A DNA stretch of 64,000 bases from an uncultured Tissierellaceae bacterium (lineage in GTDB: Bacteria; Bacillota; Clostridia; Tissierellales; Tissierellaceae), in assembly GCA_964415085.1 (NCBI GenBank), contig CAYPYI010000001.1, forward strand, positions 35,757 through 99,756, given 5' to 3'. Below the pieces are notes generated by a model. It was not told the DNA's origin, searched no databases, and worked only from the letters and a program-made list of their open reading frames with translations. This document shows positions 58,206 through 64,000 of the stretch, piece after piece; position 1 is the stretch's first letter, and every line of letters begins with the position of its first letter. A program made the position numbers and the translations under genes.

Positions 58206-58673
58206 TTATAAAGGATATTTACTATTAATTCTAATGTTATATTTTTCATATAATAAACTTTCTAAAGATAGTACTATAATTTTTATATTTTTAATATTCT
58301 CTAACATAAATAAGGCAATTATAATTTTAATTATGAATATATATACAAAGAAAATATTATATTTTAATATTCCTATCAATAATGATAAGCTAGCTAGAAT
58401 TGTTAATAAATTTAATATAAACTCCTTAGTATATATTTGTATATTAATAGATTCTATATCTTCTATTAACAAATTATATGAAATATCTTTTTTCTCTTTC
58501 AAATAATAATTTTTAGCTTTATCAATTTTTTCGGAAGTTTTTTTATTATCTATCATCTTAAATTGATCATATTTATACAGAATAAATAACAAAACTACAA
58601 TCGCTATAGTTATTATTAAAATATCTCCCAATTTAAGCTTTTCTATTAATAAATACTGTTCCATAATATTCAT
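58206..58673 (-). CDS. Hypothetical 155-aa membrane protein (about 3 TM helices)
   Basis: ATG behind AAAGGATGA. Hydrophobic segments ILIITIAIVVLLFIL, LLTILASLSLLIGIL and FVYIFIIKIIIALFML. No motif recognised. Confidence 0.5.
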   Translation of the reverse strand: MNIMEQYLLIEKLKLGDILIITIAIVVLLFILYKYDQFKMIDNKKTSEKIDKAKNYYLKEKKDISYNLLIEDIESINIQIYTKEFILNLLTILASLSLLIGILKYNIFFVYIFIIKIIIALFMLENIKNIKIIVLSLESLLYEKYNIRINSKYPL

Positions 58674-58684
58674 CCTTTCAAGAG

Positions 58685-58712
58685 GAAAATCCTATAACTT
58701 TATAGGATTTTC
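58685..58712 (-). other. Perfect 13-bp stem-loop between trkH and the 155-aa gene
   Basis: GAAAATCCTATAA-CT-TTATAGGATTTTC. Possibly a terminator or attenuator for the trk operon; no separate U-tract. Confidence 0.45.
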
Positions 58713-58840
58713 TTAGGATATTAATTTAAGGATTATTCTAAATTAATTTTTATCTTAAATTAATTATATACAGGTATTATGAAAAGTATGTTATTAATAT
58801 ATCAAATCTATGTAAAATATAAATATCTTATAAAAGATAC

Positions 58841-60289
58841 TTATATTTCTTTTCTCCAATTTTTAGGAGCTATGAGTGCCAAAATTGTAAAAAGTTCGAG
58901 CCTTCCTAATAACATTAAAAGTGAAAAATAAATTTTTGAAATTCCACTAAAACTAGAGAAATTACTAGCTGGACCTACTAAATTAAGTCCTGGACCAATA
59001 TTACCAAGAGTTGCTGCTACAGATGTAAATGATGATACTAAATCTATATCTTCAAGAGAAATTAATATAGTTGATATTGCAACAATTATCATATATAAAG
59101 ACATATAGCTATTAATTCCCTCTACTGTTTCCTCACTCATAACTCTCCCATTAACTTTTATAGGTATAACTGCTCTTGGATGAAATATTTTTAAAATTTC
59201 TCTTTTAATTAACTTAAGTAAAACTAAGATTCTTATTATTTTCATTCCACCAGCAGTAGATCCTGCACTCCCACCAGTAAACATTAATAAAACTAATATA
59301 GCTTTACTAAAACTAGGCCATTTATTAAAGTCCGCTGTTGAATATCCAGTTGTAGTTATAATAGAGCTTACTTGGAAAAATGAATCTTTTAAAGATAATA
59401 AAAAACTACCATAATTTGTAAAAAATAAATTTAAGCAAATAAGTAGAACAGATACAGTAACTATTTTAATATATAACCTTAGCTCTTCATCTCTTATTGC
59501 CTCTTTAAATCTACCGTGATAAGTCAAATAGTATAGTGAGAAATTTATACCTGAAAAAAGCATAAAAAATCCTATTACAAGTTGTATATAATAGCTATTA
59601 TATGCACCTACACTTGCATTTTTAGTCGCTAAACCTCCTGTACCTACAGTACCAAATGTATATACTAATGATTCAAATAGACTCATCTTACCTAATAATA
59701 AAAGTAATACTTGGGTTATAGTTATTGAAAAATAAATAGTATATAAAATTTTAGCTGTATCTTTAAGTCTTGGAGCTATTTTCCCAGCTACTGGTCCAGG
59801 ACTTTCTGCTTTAAATATTTGTAATCCACCTATTCCTAATGCTGGTAATAGAGCTAAAGTAAATACCAGAATTCCCATACCACCTATCCAATGAGTAAAA
59901 GATCTCCAAAACAATATACCTTTTGATAAAACTTCTACATCAGGTATAACAGTGGCACCTGTAGTTGTAAATCCCGACACTGTTTCAAATAATGCATCCG
60001 CAAAAGTAGGTACACTTTTCGATAAAAACAAAGGTAAGGCACCAAATACAGATATTAATATCCAGCTTATTGCAACAATTAATAATCCTTCTTTTGCATT
60101 AATATTTTTTTTAATATCCTTTCTTCTAGATAAAATCAAACCTACAAAAAAAGTTACAACTATTGTAAGCAAGAATATTTTAATCTCTTGTTCATTATTT
60201 ATTAAACTTACCAATAAAGCTGGTATCATGAGTAAAGATTCAAGCATTAAAATATTACCTATTATCTTTACTACGATTCCATAATTCAT
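58841..60289 (-). CDS. trkH: TrkH/KtrB-family potassium uptake membrane subunit
   Basis: 482 aa, multi-TM, with repeated pore-loop glycine motifs (SGFTTTGAT, GTVGTGGL, TTTGYST, GGSAGSTAGG). Confidence 0.9.
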   Translation of the reverse strand: MNYGIVVKIIGNILMLESLLMIPALLVSLINNEQEIKIFLLTIVVTFFVGLILSRRKDIKKNINAKEGLLIVAISWILISVFGALPLFLSKSVPTFADALFETVSGFTTTGATVIPDVEVLSKGILFWRSFTHWIGGMGILVFTLALLPALGIGGLQIFKAESPGPVAGKIAPRLKDTAKILYTIYFSITITQVLLLLLGKMSLFESLVYTFGTVGTGGLATKNASVGAYNSYYIQLVIGFFMLFSGINFSLYYLTYHGRFKEAIRDEELRLYIKIVTVSVLLICLNLFFTNYGSFLLSLKDSFFQVSSIITTTGYSTADFNKWPSFSKAILVLLMFTGGSAGSTAGGMKIIRILVLLKLIKREILKIFHPRAVIPIKVNGRVMSEETVEGINSYMSLYMIIVAISTILISLEDIDLVSSFTSVAATLGNIGPGLNLVGPASNFSSFSGISKIYFSLLMLLGRLELFTILALIAPKNWRKEI

Positions 60290-61646
60290 TTAAGAAACCT
60301 CCCTTAGATGGTTCAAAAAATAATTTAAGCTCTGATAAATTTTCACTTAGACAAAATACAACTATTCTATCATTAGGCTCAAGTCTACTATCTCCATTTG
60401 GAATTATTATTTTCCCATCTCTTACTATTGATCCTATGATCACGCCCTTAGGCAATTTTAAATCTTTTATTTTTTTCCCTATAACTGGTATATCTTTTCC
60501 TATTATTATTTCTGTAACTTCACCATCTCCGCCTATTAAAAGTGAAACTGAAACAATTTTACCCCCACGAATAATCTTTAATATGTTACTAGTTGTTATA
60601 TATATTGGATTTAAAGCTACATCTATACCTAATCTATCTATTATCTTTGTATAGTTTTCTCTGCTTATTTTTGATACAGTTTTGTTTACTCCAGCTTGCT
60701 TTGCCATAAGACCCATAAGAAGATTTTCTTCATCAAATCCCGTGGCCCCTACAAATGCATCCATAGTACTTAACCTTTCTTCCTCTAACAAATGTATGTC
60801 CGTTCCATCACCATGAACAATAAGAGCACTTTCTAAATCTTCTGATAACTCTATACACCTTTCTTTATCTTGTTCTATTATAGTTACATCTATATTAGAT
60901 TTCCCTAAATTTTCGGCAAGATAAAAAGCCATATTACTTCCACCCAAAATCATAACTCTTTGAATTTCTTTTTTTCTATCTGACTCATCATACTTGTGAA
61001 TAAAACTTGTAATATCCTTTGTTCTTCCTATTATATAAACAATATCATCCGGACAAATTGTAGTAAATCCATCTGGTATTATAATTTCACCATCTCTTGA
61101 AATTGCAGTAATTAAAAGATCATTAAAACCTTGAAGATCTTTAATCTGTCTATTTATAAAGTCACTATTATTTCCTACGTTAAAATCAATCATTTGTACC
61201 TTACCGCTTGCAAATCCCCCAGAATAAAAATTATAACTTTTAAGTAAATATTTTTCTATAGAATAAGCTGTAGCTAAATCTGGATTTACAATGTAATCTA
61301 TACCTAACTCACTTTTTATAAAATCTAATTGCTTTAAATACCTCGGATTAATAATTCTTGCAATAGTTCTCTTGCAACCAAGCTTCTTAGCTAAAGTACA
61401 AATTAAAGTGTTCGTTTCATCGCTATCAGTACAAGCAACTAGTATGTTATAAGACTTAATATCTAGTTCTTTTAGGATTGATAAATCTATACCATTACCC
61501 AAAACTGTTAAAACATCTAGATGTTCATTAACTCTATCTATTACTTCAGGATTATGATCAATTACTGTAATATCTATTCCTTCTGATACTAAAGCTTCTG
61601 ATAACTTATAACCTAACTTACCTGCACCCACTACTATAACCTTCAT
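60255..61646 (-). CDS. trkA: Trk system potassium uptake protein TrkA (tandem RCK/NAD-binding domains)
   Basis: 463 aa with two Rossmann motifs (VVGAGKLG, ILGGSNMA) and two RCK_C domains. Overlaps the trkH start by 35 nt. Confidence 0.9.
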   Translation of the reverse strand: MKVIVVGAGKLGYKLSEALVSEGIDITVIDHNPEVIDRVNEHLDVLTVLGNGIDLSILKELDIKSYNILVACTDSDETNTLICTLAKKLGCKRTIARIINPRYLKQLDFIKSELGIDYIVNPDLATAYSIEKYLLKSYNFYSGGFASGKVQMIDFNVGNNSDFINRQIKDLQGFNDLLITAISRDGEIIIPDGFTTICPDDIVYIIGRTKDITSFIHKYDESDRKKEIQRVMILGGSNMAFYLAENLGKSNIDVTIIEQDKERCIELSEDLESALIVHGDGTDIHLLEEERLSTMDAFVGATGFDEENLLMGLMAKQAGVNKTVSKISRENYTKIIDRLGIDVALNPIYITTSNILKIIRGGKIVSVSLLIGGDGEVTEIIIGKDIPVIGKKIKDLKLPKGVIIGSIVRDGKIIIPNGDSRLEPNDRIVVFCLSENLSELKLFFEPSKGGFLNELWNRSKDNR

Positions 61647-61707
61647 ACAATACCTCCTATCCTTTATACTATAACACTTATCACTATTAAATTATAGTAA
61701 TATAAGT

Positions 61708-61751
61708 AAAAAAATAAACCTAATAAGCACACTTTTAACTGCTCATTAGGT
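61708..61751 (-). terminator. Intrinsic terminator after the lipoprotein gene
   Basis: The minus sense reads ACCTAATGAGCA...TGCTTATTAGGT (one G.U pair) followed by TTATTTTTTT. Confidence 0.7.
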
Positions 61752-61759
61752 AATATATT

Positions 61760-62251
61760 TTAATACATAAAAACTATCGAATCATCTAAACCATCTTTCC
61801 CATTATATTGAAAAATATACTCTCCATTTACTCCTTTATTATTTTCCCATTTAATTTTTAACATTGGAATTCCTTCAGGATATACCGCATGTATTAAAAT
61901 CTTTTCACCTGGATTAATTTCTTTAAATTCTTCTATAACCCCAATTTCTATCAAGTTATCATCTTTGTATTCTAGTTCAATAAATTTTAAACTATCAATA
62001 AATATATTATCTGTAAAAAACTCTGTATATTCATTACTGCTAACCTCATCTTCATAAATATGTTTATATGAACTTAAATCAACATCTTCTATTACCCTAT
62101 TAATATATACTTTTTTTTCTTCATCCGTCTCTTCTGAAACTAAATTATCTTCCTCTTTGGGTAATTCTTGACTTAAATTATTTTTTTTACAAGAAACTAA
62201 TAACAAACTTAATAATAAAATTATGATTAATATTCTATTTTTTTTCATCAT
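61760..62251 (-). CDS. Hypothetical lipoprotein
   Basis: Signal peptide with lipobox LLLVSC; 163 aa; no further motif. Confidence 0.65.
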   Translation of the reverse strand: MMKKNRILIIILLLSLLLVSCKKNNLSQELPKEEDNLVSEETDEEKKVYINRVIEDVDLSSYKHIYEDEVSSNEYTEFFTDNIFIDSLKFIELEYKDDNLIEIGVIEEFKEINPGEKILIHAVYPEGIPMLKIKWENNKGVNGEYIFQYNGKDGLDDSIVFMY

Positions 62252-62403
62252 ACTCTCCTTTAGTATAAATCTATATTTGAATTAATATCTATATTCTAAT
62301 TTTATCATATAAGTACTATTAATTTATTACAAACTAATTAATTTTTTTATATTGTGTTGATTGAACTTTATTGTTGGATATAATACTAATAGAGGTGATA
62401 ATT

Positions 62404-62808
62404 ATGGTAAACACAGAAAATGTAAAGCAACATATAAAGTATATTCTAAAACTTGTAGAACAAGCTGAAAAGAATTTAAAGAAAGCACGTAACTGGGGAG
62501 TATATGATATTTTAAATGGAAAAACATTAACTGGAATAATTAAGCATAATAAAATATCAAAAACTGAAAAAGACTTAGTAAATATAAATAAAGAATTAAA
62601 TCTTCTTAAAGATGAATTAACTAGCTTAAATCTAAAAGTGAATACAAAAGTTAATGCTGGTAGCTTAAATAAATTTCTAGATATTTTCACTGATAATATC
62701 TTCTCTGATGTTTATACACAAACTAAGATAACTACTGGTTTAGATAATATCTCAGATTTAAAAAAATCTTTGAATAATTTATATGAAGACATTAATAAAT
62801 TAAATTAA
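62404..62808 (+). CDS. Hypothetical coiled-coil protein (134 aa)
   Basis: ATG at 62404 behind AGAGGTGA. K/E/N/L-rich with heptad-like composition. Preferred over the antisense ORF 62334..62690, which is low-complexity, F/S/I-rich and lacks an SD. Confidence 0.55.
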   Translation: MVNTENVKQHIKYILKLVEQAEKNLKKARNWGVYDILNGKTLTGIIKHNKISKTEKDLVNINKELNLLKDELTSLNLKVNTKVNAGSLNKFLDIFTDNIFSDVYTQTKITTGLDNISDLKKSLNNLYEDINKLN

Positions 62809-62811
62809 TAT

Positions 62812-62839
62812 TTGACAAATGATTCTTGGATGATATAAT
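62812..62839 (+). promoter_or_regulatory. Near-consensus SigA promoter driving the M-box/mgtA leader
   Basis: TTGACA (62812-62817), N16 ending in TGa, then TATAAT (62834-62839). Confidence 0.75.
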
Positions 62840-62845
62840 CGTAAA

Positions 62846-63068
62846 TGGTTGAAAAATTAAATATTTCGGTAGGTGAGGCTACTATAAGGATATGGATTAC
62901 TGCCGCGGATTAGTGGAGACACTATGAGCAGGTTTGAACAGCTTATATCATAAAGGTATAGGATAATGTAATTTCAGCGCCTTATAGAGTTAAAGCTTGA
63001 ACGAACAGTAGAACATATCAAAATATGTGTATTTACCATGTTAAGTTTAAGCTTGACATGGTTTTTTT
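62846..63068 (+). promoter_or_regulatory. M-box (ykoK-type) Mg2+ riboswitch with terminator
   Basis: TTCGGTAGGTGAGGCTAC...CTGCCGC...GGAGACACTATGAGCAGGTTTGAACAG...AAAGGT...TTCAGCGCCTTATAGAGTTAAAGCTTGAACGA follows the conserved M-box blocks of the B. subtilis ykoK leader as I recall them. Terminator ACCATGTTAAG / CTTGACATGGT followed by T7 (63035-63068). A Mg2+ transporter gene lies downstream. Confidence 0.87.
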
Positions 63069-63103
63069 ATTTATACAAATTCATTAATAAAGGGGGATTT
63101 TGG

Positions 63104-63181
63104 ATGGACTCGGACAAATATCGGGATATAATTAAATATTTTAGATACCTAGACTTATTTATATTGAGTCTATCTAATTGA
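63104..63181 (+). CDS. Candidate 25-codon leader ORF between the M-box terminator and mgtA
   Basis: SD AGGGGGA 6 nt before the ATG at 63104. Peptide MDSDKYRDIIKYFRYLDLFILSLSN; TGA at 63179-63181. No conservation evidence is available. Confidence 0.25.
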   Translation: MDSDKYRDIIKYFRYLDLFILSLSN

Positions 63182-63224
63182 TATTTACTTATATCCTACT
63201 ACAAAATTTTTAGGAGGTAGGAAA

Positions 63225-64000
63225 ATGAAAAGACAAACAAATTTAACAAAAGAAAATATCAAAAAATCTCAAGCTAAGGATAGATTAATCTTAGCAAGTA
63301 AAACTGAAAATGATAGAGTATTTACTAAATACAATACAAGTATTGAAGGTTTAACAGAAAAAAATGTACAAAGAAACAAAAAGTTATATGGAGAAAACAC
63401 AGTTAAAACTGAAGATAATAATTCATTACTAAAAAAAATTAAAGAATCTTTTATAAACCCATTTACAATAATATTGATCTTACTTGCCCTTGTTTCTTAT
63501 ATAACTGATGTATATTTAGCAAGTCCAGGTGAAGAAGATATCATGACTGTAGTTATAATCACTACAATGGTATTAATAAGTGGATTTTTACAATTTATAC
63601 AAGAAACTCGTTCAGAAAATGCGGCTAAGAAGCTTAGTGAACTTGTTCAAAATACAACATTGATTAAAAGACAACAAAGAGATAAGGAAGAAATCCCTAT
63701 GGAAGATGTTGTTGTTGGGGATATTTCTATAATCTCTGCTGGTGATATGATACCTGCTGATATGAAGGTTTTAGAAGCTAAAGATTTATTTATTTCTCAG
63801 TCTGCATTAACTGGAGAGAGTGAACCAGTTGAAAAGTTCTCACATTTAAATGAAAATGTTGATGAATTTGATACTCTAACTGAAATAGATAATCTAGTTT
63901 TTATGGGTAGTACGGTAGTTAGTGGTACTGCTAAGTGTATAGTTTTAGCAACAGGTAATGATACAATATTCGGTGAGATATCTAAAAGTATTTCTGAAGA
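63225..64000 (+). CDS. mgtA: Magnesium-translocating P-type ATPase, N-terminal part (continues beyond the window)
   Basis: ATG at 63225, 7 nt after AGGAGG. My translation reads MKRQTNLTKENIKKSQAKDRL...GLTEKNVQRNKKLYGENTV...VGDISIISAGDMIPADMKVLEAKDLFISQSALTGESEPVEK..., including the P-type actuator TGES motif. Open to base 64000; not in the ORF track because it has no stop. Confidence 0.9.
   Translation, partial: MKRQTNLTKENIKKSQAKDRLILASKTENDRVFTKYNTSIEGLTEKNVQRNKKLYGENTVKTEDNNSLLKKIKESFINPFTIILILLALVSYITDVYLASPGEEDIMTVVIITTMVLISGFLQFIQETRSENAAKKLSELVQNTTLIKRQQRDKEEIPMEDVVVGDISIISAGDMIPADMKVLEAKDLFISQSALTGESEPVEKFSHLNENVDEFDTLTEIDNLVFMGSTVVSGTAKCIVLATGNDTIFGEISKSISE

Noticed and set aside
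43700-58700. Search of the accessory stretches for defence, toxin-antitoxin, restriction-modification, retron, integrase/transposase or prophage signatures
   Set aside because: I found no Walker-A ATPase, nuclease (HNH, PD-(D/E)xK, HEPN RxxxxH), reverse transcriptase (YxDD), methyltransferase, recombinase or phage structural motif in any accessory ORF. I also saw no flanking direct repeats or tRNA target. Nothing supports calling a mobile or defence island.
60255-60289. 35-nt overlap of trkA and trkH considered as a frameshift or fusion
   Set aside because: Both proteins have normal full lengths and intact termini. The overlap is compatible with translational coupling.
62334-62690. 118-aa minus-strand ORF competing with the plus-strand ORF 62371..62808
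   Set aside because: The minus-strand product is F/S/I/C-rich, low-complexity and lacks an SD. The plus-strand ORF has AGAGGTGA-N5-ATG at 62404 and protein-like charged coiled-coil composition.

Overview
This is a very AT-rich Firmicutes (Bacillota) chromosomal segment. I saw no rRNA, tRNA, CRISPR array, integrase or transposase.

**Layout**
- **About 0.1-43.7 kb:** one long housekeeping block, almost all on the minus strand and collinear with the Bacillus subtilis yqe-yqf region. In order: comEC, holA, rpsT, lepB, lepA, hemW, hrcA-grpE-dnaK-dnaJ behind a perfect CIRCE operator, prmA, rsmE, mtaB, HIT, rpsU, nfeD-floA, phoH, pgpH, ybeY, dgkA, cdd, era, recO, Gly T-box plus glyQS, ccpN, PDRP, dGTPase-like, dnaG, sigA, trmK, nif3, COG1579 Zn-ribbon, class A RNase P RNA, CDF transporter and folD. 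A plus-strand class A PBP sits at the left end. The sporulation genes found inside this block in spore formers are absent, so an asporogenous Clostridia/Tissierellia-like organism is likely (inference only).
- **43.7-54.0 kb and 57.3-58.7 kb:** visibly more AT-rich accessory stretches. They hold a ComK-like protein, two GNATs, VanZ, two copper-amine-oxidase-N-domain proteins, DUF1847, an S12 serine hydrolase coupled to a 593-aa orphan, a PadR-DUF2812 operon, and a divergent LspA-like gene with two small orphans.
- **54.1-57.3 kb:** pyrB-pyrI-pyrK-pyrD with a PyrR-type attenuator.
- **58.8-61.6 kb:** trkA-trkH.
- **Right end:** an M-box (Mg2+) riboswitch and the 5' part of mgtA.

**Clearest anomaly:** the housekeeping sigma factor gene sigA is split into two frames by what looks like a 3n+1 (about 34 nt) internal loss.

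**Novel system:** I could not recognise any known defence, toxin or mobile system. The best candidates for undescribed biology are the possible PadR-to-S12-hydrolase five-gene unit and the LspA-like three-gene cassette. Both are hypotheses resting on orphan proteins that I cannot assign from sequence alone.
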